Part shown: positions 8,089 to 16,014 of the stretch, one piece after another | Numbering within the stretch: position 1 is the stretch's first letter | Layout: each line of letters starts with the position of its first letter | Notes under the pieces: generated by a model | Told to the model about the DNA's origin: nothing | Databases searched by the model: none | What the model saw: the letters and a program-made list of their open reading frames with translations, nothing else | Source of the DNA: a virus | Lineage: Duplodnaviria > Heunggongvirae > Uroviricota > Caudoviricetes | Reading direction: 5' to 3' (one strand) | Length of the DNA: 64,000 nucleotides | IMG/VR virus record: IMGVR_UViG_3300036770_002544 | Coordinates: 10,654-74,653 of that record | Program-made: the position numbers and the translations under genes

Positions 8089-8162
8089 GCGGGATTGGCA
8101 TAAGGGTTGTGCAGTAGCCTTCCAAGCTACCCATAGCGGTTCGAGACCGCTATCCCGCTCCA
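8089..8162 (+). tRNA. tRNA-Gly(TCC)
   Basis: Perfect acceptor gcgggat/atcccgc. Anticodon arm gtagc-CTTCCAA-gctac. T-arm agcgg-TTCGAGA-ccgct. tCCA. Confidence 0.8.
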
Positions 8163-8169
8163 CAATTTA

Positions 8170-8244
8170 GGGTGATTAGCTCAGCGGTAGAGTCGCTGCC
8201 TTACACGCAGTTTGTCGGGAGTTCGATCCTCTCATCACCCACCA
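8170..8244 (+). tRNA. tRNA-Val(TAC)
   Basis: Acceptor gggtgat/atcaccc. D-arm gctc-agcggtag-agt. Anticodon arm gctgc-CTTACAC-gcagt. T-arm cggga-GTTCGAT-cctct. aCCA. Confidence 0.85.
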
Positions 8245-8252
8245 ACTTATTT

Positions 8253-8330
8253 CCGAGTGTAGCGCAGTCTGGTTAGCGCATCTGCTTTGGGAGCAGAGGG
8301 TCGTAGGTTCGAATCCTACTACTCGGACCA
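8253..8330 (+). tRNA. tRNA-Pro(TGG)
   Basis: Acceptor ccgagtg/tactcgg. D-arm gcgc-agtctggtta-gcgc. Anticodon arm tctgc-TTTGGGA-gcaga. T-arm gtagg-TTCGAAT-cctac. aCCA. Confidence 0.85.
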
Positions 8331-8337
8331 ATTCAAT

Positions 8338-8415
8338 GTACAGGTGGCAGAGTGGCCCAATGCAAGGGATTGCAAATCCCTAAAGCCGTCGGTTCAAATC
8401 CGACCCTGTACTCCA
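8338..8415 (+). tRNA. tRNA-Cys(GCA)
   Basis: Acceptor gtacagg/cctgtac. Anticodon arm aggga-TTGCAAA-tccct. T-arm gtcgg-TTCAAAT-ccgac. tCCA. Confidence 0.8.
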
Positions 8416-8420
8416 TCTAA

Positions 8421-8510
8421 GGAAGCGTGGTCGAGTGGTCTATGGCTCCGGTCTTGAAAACCGGCGATTACGAAAGTGGTCCGTGAGTTCGAATCTCACC
8501 GCTTCCACCA
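8421..8510 (+). tRNA. tRNA-Ser(TGA), class II
   Basis: Acceptor ggaagcg/cgcttcc. Anticodon arm ccggt-CTTGAAA-accgg. Long variable arm. T-arm gtgag-TTCGAAT-ctcac. aCCA. Confidence 0.85.
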
Positions 8511-8515
8511 TATAT

Positions 8516-8591
8516 GCCGCGGTAGCTCATCAGGTAGAGCAGCAGACTGAAAATCTGTGTGTGGCTGGTTCGAGTCCAGCTCGTGGCACCA
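8516..8591 (+). tRNA. tRNA-Phe(GAA)
   Basis: Acceptor gccgcgg/tcgtggc. D-arm tagctcatcaggtagagca. Anticodon arm gcaga-CTGAAAA-tctgt. T-arm ctggt-TCGAGTC-cagc. aCCA. Confidence 0.85.
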
Positions 8592-8592
8592 A

Positions 8593-9234
8593 TCAATGTC
8601 TATTAGGATCTCGAGTTTTTTCAAACTCTGGCACATGTTCGTTGCAACCAGGAAACCATGCTGGGGCAGGTGGAAGATCACACACTTCTCTAGTGAGATC
8701 TATCAACAAAATGAGACGCCGCTCTGAAGTGTTGTTCCAAACACTATGCAACTTTTGATTGTTGAAAGAAAAGACATCATCCCATAGTACAATTTCGTTT
8801 TCAACTTCGAAACCAATGTCGCCATCAGGAACGTACAAAGGAATATGGATGCGAATGCTTTTGGCATCTCTGTTTTCTATGCCAGTGTGTCTGTAAATAA
8901 TAGAGTTGGGTTCTACAATACTGTAACCAGCTAGGTGGCAGTGTTGTCCAAAAGCTTCAACTAATGAAAATGCAGTGGGATACCGAAGTCTATTGGATTC
9001 TGCAAGAACTCCTGATATATGTTTGATGCCTGATATTTTCCAGGCATTTTCTTTATCGTACAAGGTAGAATTTTGTCCAGTAGGATTTTGACGGTAAGGC
9101 ACGCTAGTAAATTTTTCTCCCGACTGGAAGTCTGGGTGCGCTTTGACAAAGTCTGCAAGTAAAGCAGGTTGTAACGCTCTAAACAATGCAGCAAATTTAA
9201 CTTCGTCGCCGCGATAGATATTTTTAAGTTCCAT
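8593..9234 (-). CDS. aspartyl/asparaginyl beta-hydroxylase-family (AspH-like, 2OG-Fe oxygenase cupin) protein
   Basis: Motif HTGIENRDAKSIRIHIPL matches the AspH H-x-G...N...R-x-H-x-PL signature. Paralog of 10868-11545. Confidence 0.6.
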   Translation of the reverse strand: MELKNIYRGDEVKFAALFRALQPALLADFVKAHPDFQSGEKFTSVPYRQNPTGQNSTLYDKENAWKISGIKHISGVLAESNRLRYPTAFSLVEAFGQHCHLAGYSIVEPNSIIYRHTGIENRDAKSIRIHIPLYVPDGDIGFEVENEIVLWDDVFSFNNQKLHSVWNNTSERRLILLIDLTREVCDLPPAPAWFPGCNEHVPEFEKTRDPNRH

Positions 9235-9291
9235 AGATACTTTCTTTAAAAATATTTATTGATCGTTATGGTACATTTATAATTTAACATT

Positions 9292-9366
9292 GTCCCTGTA
9301 GTTCAATGGATAGAACCGGTTCCTCCTAAGAACAAAATATCAGTTCGATTCTGGTCAGGGATACCA
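9292..9366 (+). tRNA. tRNA-Arg(CCT)
   Basis: Acceptor gtccctg/cagggat. D-arm gttcaatggatagaac. Anticodon loop CTCCTAA. T-arm atcag-TTCGATT-ctggt. aCCA. Confidence 0.75.
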
Positions 9367-9371
9367 AGCAT

Positions 9372-9448
9372 GCCCTGGTGGTGGAATTGGCAGACACACT
9401 GCGTTGAGGTCGCAGGTTCTACGGGTTCGAGTCCCGTCTAGGGTACCA
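9372..9448 (+). tRNA. tRNA with anticodon GAG (Leu-decoding) but short variable loop
   Basis: Acceptor gccctgg/ctagggt. Anticodon arm ctgcg-TTGAGGT-cgcag. T-arm acggg-TTCGAGT-cccgt. aCCA. At 77 nt it lacks the class II long arm expected of bacterial tRNA-Leu. Confidence 0.65.
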
Positions 9449-9802
9449 AGTTTTGTAGTAACCAGAGTCCTGTGTAAAAGGTGTTGCGGACGTCATGCGC
9501 TCTTTTTATCGCATGGGTCAATAAAGATCGAAGCGCAAACTAATAAGGTTGTGTCCTTGCCTACTACAGATTAGTTTTGCAAACAATAAAAACGTGTAGG
9601 GGTAATACCCCTTGAAGCTCTGTGCAGAGATGCACATCTTCTATGGATCAGTTGGTGGGATGAGAGGTCCTTCCCTGTTGCCGGTGTCAAGAGTTATCCA
9701 TTGTGGGAGCCGGAGTGCCAACCCAGGTCGATAGTTTACAGCCACACGCCCTAGCGAAACCGGATTGTTTGCAATTTTTTATTGTTGTTGAGAAGAAAAG
9801 AA

Positions 9803-10018
9803 ATGTATAAAATAGCAGAAAAAGAATTTGCCAATCTGGAGTTGGCAATGGCACATGCCAGGCAGTTAAATGAGTTTGTAACTATTGCTGGACCCGACTT
9901 TGAAGTTTGTGGCCGCTTTGGGGTAGATAGCGTTGAACGCGGGCTGTGCCCTGATGGTATTGCATACGATTGGAACAAGGCCAGTCGTACAGGTCGCGTA
10001 CAACGCGAACGAGTCTAA
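9803..10018 (+). CDS. hypothetical small protein
   Basis: ORF following a roughly 330-nt structured noncoding stretch. Weak RBS. Confidence 0.3.
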   Translation: MYKIAEKEFANLELAMAHARQLNEFVTIAGPDFEVCGRFGVDSVERGLCPDGIAYDWNKASRTGRVQRERV

Positions 10019-10108
10019 CGGAGGGTTAACTGGGCTGGGCCCAGCACTGTCTCGAAAACAGATGGACTGTGAAAACGGTTGGAGTTCGATTCTGCCATCC
10101 CTCTTCCA
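10019..10108 (+). tRNA. tRNA-like element (Ser CGA-type loop) with non-canonical T-arm
   Basis: Acceptor ggagggt/tccctct-t-CCA. Hairpin ctgt-CTCGAAA-acag. D region ctggg-ctgggc-cccag. The T-arm does not fold canonically. Confidence 0.3.
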
Positions 10109-10113
10109 ATTTT

Positions 10114-10184
10114 TGGCTCACTCTAGCTGATCTTGCGGGGTCCAAACTCTCAAGTCTCGGGTGCGATTCCTGAAGGGCCAGCCA
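10114..10184 (+). tRNA. tRNA-like element (acceptor plus T-arm only clearly foldable)
   Basis: Acceptor tggctca/agggcca-g-CCA. T-arm tcggg-TGCGATT-cctga. No clear anticodon arm. Confidence 0.3.
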
Positions 10185-10241
10185 TATACCGGTTTACACA
10201 AAACCGTAATATCAAGTATAATATATACTTGTGCAACCAAT

Positions 10242-10318
10242 GCCCCTGTGATGGAATTGGTATACGTGTCGGATTCAAAATCCGAATTTTGCGGGTTCGA
10301 GTCCCGCTGGGGGCACCA
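10242..10318 (+). tRNA. tRNA with anticodon CAA (Leu-decoding), short variable loop
   Basis: Acceptor gcccctg/tgggggc with G:U pairs. Anticodon arm tcgga-TTCAAAA-tccga. T-arm gcggg-TTCGAGT-cccgc. aCCA. Confidence 0.6.
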
Positions 10319-10333
10319 TTTTATAGAAAGACC

Positions 10334-10807
10334 ATGATGAAGAAAATCGATCTAGAACAAGTACGCCAGTTTATTGAAGCACAAACACCAGAAACAAAAA
10401 TCTATCTGGGTTGTGACTCCGAACGTCTGCGTGTCGACGGCCGTTGGTATGCCGATTATATTCTAGCGATTGTTGTTCACATCAATGGCAACAACGGTTG
10501 TAAGATTTTCGGCGAAGTACATCGTGAACCGGTGTGGGATGCCAAGCCAGGCAAGCCAAGTATGCGTCTTATGACCGAAGTGTACAAAGTCAGCGAACTG
10601 TATCTCAAGTTAGCAGAAGTGTTAGAAGGTCGACAAGTCGAAGTTCACTTGGACATCAACCCCGACGAACACTATGGATCAAGCTGTGTTATTAGCCAAG
10701 CTGTGGGCTACATCAAAGGCACTTGCAACGTGGTTCCGTTCGTCAAGCCACATGCGTTTGCTGCTAGTTATGCTGCTGACCGATTCAAGGGTTTGAGAGC
10801 AGCCTAA
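10334..10807 (+). CDS. hypothetical protein
   Basis: ATG immediately after the tRNA. The table ORF 10133 start runs through the tRNA, so the internal Met start MMKKIDLEQ is taken. Followed by a strong terminator. Confidence 0.5.
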   Translation: MMKKIDLEQVRQFIEAQTPETKIYLGCDSERLRVDGRWYADYILAIVVHINGNNGCKIFGEVHREPVWDAKPGKPSMRLMTEVYKVSELYLKLAEVLEGRQVEVHLDINPDEHYGSSCVISQAVGYIKGTCNVVPFVKPHAFAASYAADRFKGLRAA

Positions 10808-10817
10808 ACAAACATGG

Positions 10818-10858
10818 CCCCCGTCAGTTGCCTACTAGGGACTGCTCGGGGGTTTTTC
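10818..10858 (+). terminator. bidirectional rho-independent terminator between convergent genes
   Basis: cccccg-tcagttgcctactagggactgct-cggggg followed by ttttt. Confidence 0.7.
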
Positions 10859-10867
10859 TTGATTAAA

Positions 10868-11545
10868 TTATTGCTGACAACTATGTAACATCTTGGGCAG
10901 TTGTCCTCGTACAAAATCTGGTACATGTTGATACCGAGTTACATCAGTTTTTATTCCCGGTTCAAGCCCCAGCACATCACGATGAAGGTCTAGCAAGTAG
11001 ACCAATCTGCGATGATCAGTATAATTGTATGCACTGTGTATGAACTGATTGTCAAACGCAAACAAATCTGACCAATCAATCTCTACGCCTTCAACTTCAA
11101 AGAAAATATCGCCAGGTGGCACTATCAACGGTATGTGTATTCTCACATACAGTCCATCTCTGTTTTCTACGCCGGTATGTCGTGAAATCACTGCATTATG
11201 CTCTAAGATACTGTAGGTGCTAACTGGGCAGGCATCGCCATATTTTTCAGTTAGTGCAACTGCTGTGGGGAAACGTTCTCGAATATCGTTGTGTTTGGTC
11301 TTGTCTATGACCAAATTGTGTCGAGGATTGGTATATTTTAATGGATCAACTTTCCAAGCATCGGGCCTGCTTTTGTAAGGATCGGTACTGAATATTGGGT
11401 TTTGATATGGGACACCTTTGGCAAAGTCGCCTTGAACAAAGTCAGTGTGGTAGGCCAAAAACTCTTCTAGTAGTTTAGGTGCTAGGGCTAGTAACTCGTC
11501 GGCTATTGGGATTTCTTCTCGGAGCCATATAGATTTTCTTGTCAT
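10868..11545 (-). CDS. aspartyl/asparaginyl beta-hydroxylase-family protein (paralog)
   Basis: HTGVENRDGLYVRIHIPL motif. Roughly 45 percent identical by eye to the 8593-9234 product. Confidence 0.6.
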   Translation of the reverse strand: MTRKSIWLREEIPIADELLALAPKLLEEFLAYHTDFVQGDFAKGVPYQNPIFSTDPYKSRPDAWKVDPLKYTNPRHNLVIDKTKHNDIRERFPTAVALTEKYGDACPVSTYSILEHNAVISRHTGVENRDGLYVRIHIPLIVPPGDIFFEVEGVEIDWSDLFAFDNQFIHSAYNYTDHRRLVYLLDLHRDVLGLEPGIKTDVTRYQHVPDFVRGQLPKMLHSCQQ

Positions 11546-11613
11546 AAAAATATTTACTCTAGTAATTCCGTGCGGAACAAAAATCAGTTGTGCAAATCGA
11601 GGTATATAAAGTT

Positions 11614-12165
11614 ATGCCTAACTGTTTTGAAATTCAACTTGCACTTCCGGTGTTGTTTGACCCCAGGCCATATGACACTGATCTAAGTCCTGCACCTTAT
11701 TACATTGATCCTGGGTCGGAGTTTGTTGTATGGTTGCATAGTCTTGGATTAGAAATAACAAAAGCTGGTGCGGAACAGTTCTATACTCCACCTGGCGGAA
11801 CCATTCCTGTTCACATCGACGGTAGAAATTTTGACAACAAAGTGAAGTTAAACTTTCAACGTGGGGGAAAAGGTAGCACCATGCGATGGTACCAGTTAAA
11901 CAACGCCAATTCAACCATGAACTCAAAAAATGGAGATTTTGGTGAGTTTTTTATGATACAACCGGAGCAGGTAACACAGACATGGCAAGCAGAAATTGGA
12001 TCCCCTAGTTTGATCAATGCAGGAATCTTACACAATGTTGTTAACGGCCCTGAACCCAGATGGGTTGTGAGTGTACCTTTATGGGATGTGACTGCTAATC
12101 AAAACTTACAATGGCATACTGCAGTAGATAAATTTCAACAATGGATTGTTCAAAAACATGATTGA
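11614..12165 (+). CDS. hypothetical protein
   Basis: ORF, with a possible GTG start at 11590. Its stop overlaps the next start (ATGATTGA). Confidence 0.45.
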   Translation: MPNCFEIQLALPVLFDPRPYDTDLSPAPYYIDPGSEFVVWLHSLGLEITKAGAEQFYTPPGGTIPVHIDGRNFDNKVKLNFQRGGKGSTMRWYQLNNANSTMNSKNGDFGEFFMIQPEQVTQTWQAEIGSPSLINAGILHNVVNGPEPRWVVSVPLWDVTANQNLQWHTAVDKFQQWIVQKHD

Positions 12166-12985
12166 CGTCGACCTAACAGATTTAAAAACAAGAGGTTTTG
12201 CGGTTGTAAAGAATTTTCTAACCGACTTGGAAATTAAACCACAATTACAAAATTACGAGATTCAAAAAAACAATCAATCGTCCCAAATCAAAATAAAAAA
12301 TTACTCTGTGATCAAAGCAAGCACTGAGCATAATTTAACTGACAAAATTAAACGTTTACTTGACAAAGTTGCTCAACAAACAGACATATCTATAAATCTT
12401 GTGGGACCAACAGGTGTGTATTTTGACACACAACTAGTAAATACTGGATGGCATCAAGACCATTTATCTTATTATACTTGGCAAACAGGCTACCATCAGA
12501 TAAACTTTTGGATACCTTTGATCAAGCCGTGCCCAACCATGTCAGGGCTTTGCGTGGTTCCAATGGATACGTTAAAAACACACATAGGCGATTTGTTCGA
12601 ACAACACATATTGGATCAAGGTGCAAAGAGATTTATACCAACAGACAACCGTACTCATGTGATTGACGACGACTCCGGACATGAGTTTGAGTTACCAGTT
12701 AATCTCAATGATATTGCAGTGGCTCCAGAACTGCAAGCAGGTGATTTGCTGATAGTCAGAGGAGATGTAATACATACTACCCAGGATTCTGACACCAATC
12801 GTGTTGCCCTTGCAATAAGAGCAGTAGACGGAAACAAGGCAGTTGATCGAACAAAGTTTCAACAGCAGTGCAACATGAAAAAAATGTTGCTCGACGCTGA
12901 TTCGGGCACTAAAAAAATTAACAATTACTTTGCTGCTGGACACAATCAGTTTGTCATACACGACCTTTATAGAGGACGTATTTGA
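12158..12985 (+). CDS. phytanoyl-CoA dioxygenase (PhyH)-family 2OG-Fe(II) oxygenase
   Basis: GWHQDHLSY motif, and a distal His in GDVIHTTQDS. Confidence 0.65.
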   Translation: MIDVDLTDLKTRGFAVVKNFLTDLEIKPQLQNYEIQKNNQSSQIKIKNYSVIKASTEHNLTDKIKRLLDKVAQQTDISINLVGPTGVYFDTQLVNTGWHQDHLSYYTWQTGYHQINFWIPLIKPCPTMSGLCVVPMDTLKTHIGDLFEQHILDQGAKRFIPTDNRTHVIDDDSGHEFELPVNLNDIAVAPELQAGDLLIVRGDVIHTTQDSDTNRVALAIRAVDGNKAVDRTKFQQQCNMKKMLLDADSGTKKINNYFAAGHNQFVIHDLYRGRI

Positions 12986-13031
12986 CCTGGCGTACTACAA
13001 TTTAAAACATATACCTAGGAGTTGCTAGTTA

Positions 13032-13331
13032 ATGATTGGAATTGACTTAGTTGATGTTCGTAGATTTGAGGCAACAACAAGACTGCCTCAATTTATCAAA
13101 CGATTCCATGTTAGTGGGGACTCGCCACTGGATGTAGCAAAAACTTGGGCATGTTTGGAAGCCATTATCAAAGCAGAAGATCAACCGTTTGACCCAACAA
13201 GTATTAGTATTCAATTTGTCGCAGGACAACGACCGCAAGTCAATGATCCGCACAATATACTAAGCAAGCCGTATATACTAAGTCTGAGCCATGATGCAGA
13301 TCTGGTCATCGCAGTAGCATTGCGGACTTGA
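13032..13331 (+). CDS. acpS: holo-ACP synthase-like 4'-phosphopantetheinyl transferase
   Basis: N-terminal MIGIDLVDVRRFE and LSLSHDADLVIAVAL resemble AcpS signatures. SD aggag 8 nt upstream. Confidence 0.6.
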   Translation: MIGIDLVDVRRFEATTRLPQFIKRFHVSGDSPLDVAKTWACLEAIIKAEDQPFDPTSISIQFVAGQRPQVNDPHNILSKPYILSLSHDADLVIAVALRT

Positions 13332-13356
13332 CAAGTGTTGTATTTTTTGTTATACT
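13328..13356 (+). promoter_or_regulatory. sigma70-type promoter (TTGACA-N17-TATACT)
   Basis: ttgacaagtgttgtattttttgttatact. Shares the TATACTACA box with promoters 7753 and 19741. Confidence 0.5.
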
Positions 13357-13378
13357 ACACAATCACAAAAGGTGCTAA

Positions 13379-13699
13379 ATGAGCAACGATCTAGCAAAAT
13401 TCTTAAACAGCCGCAGGCGCCATAAAACTGACGTAGCAATTGCCCGGCAAGTTAAAATTGCCAAGAGTCACGGCTTGGGATTTAACGACAAACACATTAA
13501 AGAACCACATCGGCATGCTAAACATCATGCTATGGACTGCGGTAACCCACAATGTGGACTATGCGGCAATCCACGACATGTTCGCAAAGGTGGTTCAGGT
13601 GGTGGCGGACTAACTGTACAAGAACGTCGACAGCATCAAGATCTTGAACGCACCACCGATCGACACTCAAACGGCATTAAACCAAAGGACTCAGAATGA
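13379..13699 (+). CDS. hypothetical basic Cys/His-rich protein
   Basis: ORF with SD aaaaggtgctaaATG. Gly-rich linker GGSGGGG. Confidence 0.45.
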   Translation: MSNDLAKFLNSRRRHKTDVAIARQVKIAKSHGLGFNDKHIKEPHRHAKHHAMDCGNPQCGLCGNPRHVRKGGSGGGGLTVQERRQHQDLERTTDRHSNGIKPKDSE

Positions 13700-13968
13700 A
13701 AATTAACCCCAAAGACCCTACCATTGGCCTTTCAAATCAAGCCGCTGTTGACGCAATCGGCAACCGTTACGATCTAGTTTTGATTGCTGCTCGTCGAGTG
13801 CGAGAACTGCATCGCGGTGATGCTCGTAAGGTAGACGAGCACCGATGCGGTGCTACATTAACTGCACTGCTAGAAATTGAAGAAGGCAAAGTAGGTCGTG
13901 ACTATTTGTACAAAGAAACCGACGTTGAGACTCGCCGAACAAGAAAACATCGTACTAGTACTTTGTAA
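13696..13968 (+). CDS. rpoZ: RNA polymerase omega subunit (RpoZ)-like protein
   Basis: AVDAIGNRYDLVLIAARRVRELHRGD...TLTALLEIEEGKV parallels E. coli RpoZ ([23 protein letters not shown]...IALREIEEGLI). Confidence 0.5.
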   Translation: MKINPKDPTIGLSNQAAVDAIGNRYDLVLIAARRVRELHRGDARKVDEHRCGATLTALLEIEEGKVGRDYLYKETDVETRRTRKHRTSTL

Positions 13969-13981
13969 TTACTTTTACTGA

Positions 13982-14010
13982 TTGCCCAAAATCTCCTGAT
14001 GTGCTATAAT
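13982..14010 (+). promoter_or_regulatory. sigma70-type promoter (TTGCCC-N17-TATAAT) embedded in an inverted repeat
   Basis: ttgcccaaaatctcctgatgtgctataat. The inverted repeat aaaatctcct / aggagatttt spans the -10 and the SD. Confidence 0.55.
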
Positions 14011-14032
14011 AACGCATATTAGGAGATTTTTT

Positions 14033-14251
14033 ATGTTTGACTGGCTTAAACAATTGTTCGGCAAAGGTACTGTTCGTGTTGAATTTGAGGCAGTCGACGA
14101 TAAGTTTGATGTGCTCAAGGGCAGTGCAAAAGTGCCATATATCGGCCGATATGACGAAGATGAAGTCAAGCGCATTGTGCGAAACAAAATTGCAGTGCAG
14201 CATGGCGTTATCGTTACCAAAATTAATGTAGTTGCCCGCGACGGGTTTTAA
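14033..14251 (+). CDS. hypothetical protein
   Basis: SD aggag. First gene of a tightly coupled operon. Confidence 0.5.
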   Translation: MFDWLKQLFGKGTVRVEFEAVDDKFDVLKGSAKVPYIGRYDEDEVKRIVRNKIAVQHGVIVTKINVVARDGF

Positions 14252-14260
14252 GGAAATAAC

Positions 14261-14674
14261 ATGCCCTGGATTCAGAACGTTAGCATGAGCGATGTCAAGC
14301 AAGGCTTGCACTTCGACGCCGGTGTTAACAGTATGCTGATCCAAATTGTTGATCCGGCATACGAGTTTCCCGTTCCGTTGAAGAAGTTCAAGGAAGTACA
14401 CCAGTTTGAGTTCTTGGACGTTGAGGCAACGGATAAGGAATTTGAGGAGTTTGCTTGCACACAAGAGCAGGCTGCAGAACTTGTTCGCTTGCTCAAGCAT
14501 GCATTGTCTAATCGTATGAACGTTGTAGTTCACTGCCACGCCGGTATTTGCCGATCGGGTGCAGTCTGCGAAGTGGGTACTATGATGGGGTTCGATGATA
14601 CAGAAGTGTTTCGTGCGCCTAATCTGTTGGTCAAGCATTTGATGATGAAGCAATTAGGATGGACTTATGAATAA
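14261..14674 (+). CDS. protein tyrosine / dual-specificity phosphatase
   Basis: CX5R active-site motif VVHCHAGICRSGAV. SD aaggaaataacATG. Confidence 0.7.
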   Translation: MPWIQNVSMSDVKQGLHFDAGVNSMLIQIVDPAYEFPVPLKKFKEVHQFEFLDVEATDKEFEEFACTQEQAAELVRLLKHALSNRMNVVVHCHAGICRSGAVCEVGTMMGFDDTEVFRAPNLLVKHLMMKQLGWTYE

Positions 14675-14975
14675 AGTAATTCGGGATGGAATGGTTGCAG
14701 TGCTGTACTCTCCCGAACACGGTGCAGGCTGGTGGACCTGGAATACCGAGCACACAGATATGTTGTTTGACCCGGGCATGGTTGGCCTAGTTGAAAAGTA
14801 CGATGTTGAGCAGATGCGTGTTTATGCAGAACTCAAGTGGCCCGATGCTTACTTAGGTGGATTGGACAGCCTACAAATCGAGTGGCTCCCAGAAGGCTCA
14901 AAGTTTATTGTAGAAGAATACGATGGGTTTGAAAGTATTCTTACTATCGAGAACACTGTTTGGATAACAGCATGA
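14667..14975 (+). CDS. hypothetical protein (C-terminus ESIL...W resembles the downstream array family)
   Basis: ATGA start/stop overlap with both neighbours. Confidence 0.45.
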   Translation: MNKVIRDGMVAVLYSPEHGAGWWTWNTEHTDMLFDPGMVGLVEKYDVEQMRVYAELKWPDAYLGGLDSLQIEWLPEGSKFIVEEYDGFESILTIENTVWITA

Positions 14976-15136
14976 AAAACCCTTTGCAGTGGCAATACAA
15001 TGGTGCGGCGCCAATGCAAGTACTCATAGCCTGGTGTGAGCAACACATTCCCGATGAGTATGTTTATCACGGTTGGGAAAGTATTTTGTTTCTAACTGAA
15101 CGTGCAAAGACATTATTTTTGCTGAGGTGGTCATGA
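14972..15136 (+). CDS. LRWS-family small protein, array member 0 (54 aa, below the ORF-track cutoff)
   Basis: Hand translation MKNPLQWQYNGAAPMQVLIAWCEQHIPDEYVYHGWESILFLTERAKTLFLLRWS. ATGA overlap upstream; TGAGGTGGTCATGA junction downstream. Confidence 0.5.
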   Translation: MKNPLQWQYNGAAPMQVLIAWCEQHIPDEYVYHGWESILFLTERAKTLFLLRWS

Positions 15137-15372
15137 AACCCTGTGAACTACAACCAATGATAGTCCGAGCCGTGGAAAGAATAGGAATAAATGATTATTG
15201 GCAACTTCCTCCGGAAGCAAGAGTAATTACCGGCAATCCTAAATATGACGCACAACTTCATTATATGTTAGTTGAGTTTGGGGTGGAAGTAGAGTTAGAT
15301 CGATACGGCATGAAAGATTACCGTGTAGTTGATGAACAAAAATTCATGATGTTTTTGTTGAGGTGGTCATGA
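15133..15372 (+). CDS. LRWS-family small protein, array member 1
   Basis: Ends ...EQKFMMFLLRWS. Junction tgaggtggtcATGa. Confidence 0.6.
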   Translation: MKPCELQPMIVRAVERIGINDYWQLPPEARVITGNPKYDAQLHYMLVEFGVEVELDRYGMKDYRVVDEQKFMMFLLRWS

Positions 15373-15581
15373 CAGCACAATACAGTCGTAGCCGAGATCT
15401 TGTTCATCGTGTGGAAGTGCCACATTCGGGTGGTTGGGTCTGGGGCGAGGATCAAAGGTTTGAATGGTGCAAACAGAACTGCCAGGACGATTATCGTGGC
15501 GCAATGTTTCGCCGAGACCGAACTGTGTGGCATTTTAAATCACAGAAGGATGCTGTGATGTTTGCGCTGAGGTGGTCATGA
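15369..15581 (+). CDS. LRWS-family small protein, array member 2
   Basis: Ends ...QKDAVMFALRWS. Identical junction. Confidence 0.6.
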   Translation: MTAQYSRSRDLVHRVEVPHSGGWVWGEDQRFEWCKQNCQDDYRGAMFRRDRTVWHFKSQKDAVMFALRWS

Positions 15582-15817
15582 CAATACCCGAACATTACAA
15601 CCATCGAGTACAAGTAAAGTTAAAATTGCGAGACATCTTTGAACTTGAACATAGACTCGAGGAATTAAATTATATCCGCGCTTGGTTAGACGAATTAGTA
15701 GAATGGCAACCGGATGCGTTTACGATAAAATATTATGATCGAGGAAATGGTGCTGTAATCGATGTTTGGTTTGCCGATGAACGACATGCTATGATTTGTG
15801 CGTTGAGGTGGTCATGA
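15578..15817 (+). CDS. LRWS-family small protein, array member 3
   Basis: Ends ...ERHAMICALRWS. Identical junction. Confidence 0.6.
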   Translation: MTIPEHYNHRVQVKLKLRDIFELEHRLEELNYIRAWLDELVEWQPDAFTIKYYDRGNGAVIDVWFADERHAMICALRWS

Positions 15818-16014
15818 AATACTGGAACAAAGACAAACGGATTCGCCAGCAGAACTGGTATGCAGTCCCATCGGGTAACAGGCGGCCCTATGCTGACACC
15901 AAACGCGAGTTACAACTATTTGACAGTCCGGGTAAGTTTTATCTATACTACGGCAGTAGCACTATTTGGTTTGAGCGTGAACAAGATGCATTGTGGTGGA
16001 GATTGAAATCATGA
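15814..16014 (+). CDS. LRWS-family small protein, array member 4
   Basis: Ends ...EQDALWWRLKS. ATGA overlap. Confidence 0.55.
   Translation: MKYWNKDKRIRQQNWYAVPSGNRRPYADTKRELQLFDSPGKFYLYYGSSTIWFEREQDALWWRLKS

Noticed and set aside
7897-8758. ORFs 7897-8163 (-), 8435-8758 (+), 8496-8681 (-)
   Set aside because: They overlap tRNA-Gly, Ser and Phe genes. Spurious.
10133-10333. N-terminal extension of ORF 10133-10807
   Set aside because: The extension is translated through the tRNA-like element and tRNA 10242-10318. The internal Met start at 10334, after the tRNA, is preferred.
13955-14653. 232-aa minus-strand ORF
   Set aside because: It lies antisense to three well-supported + strand genes (RBS-bearing 14033, PTP 14261). 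It has Leu/Cys-rich low-complexity composition and no RBS, so it is likely a shadow ORF.
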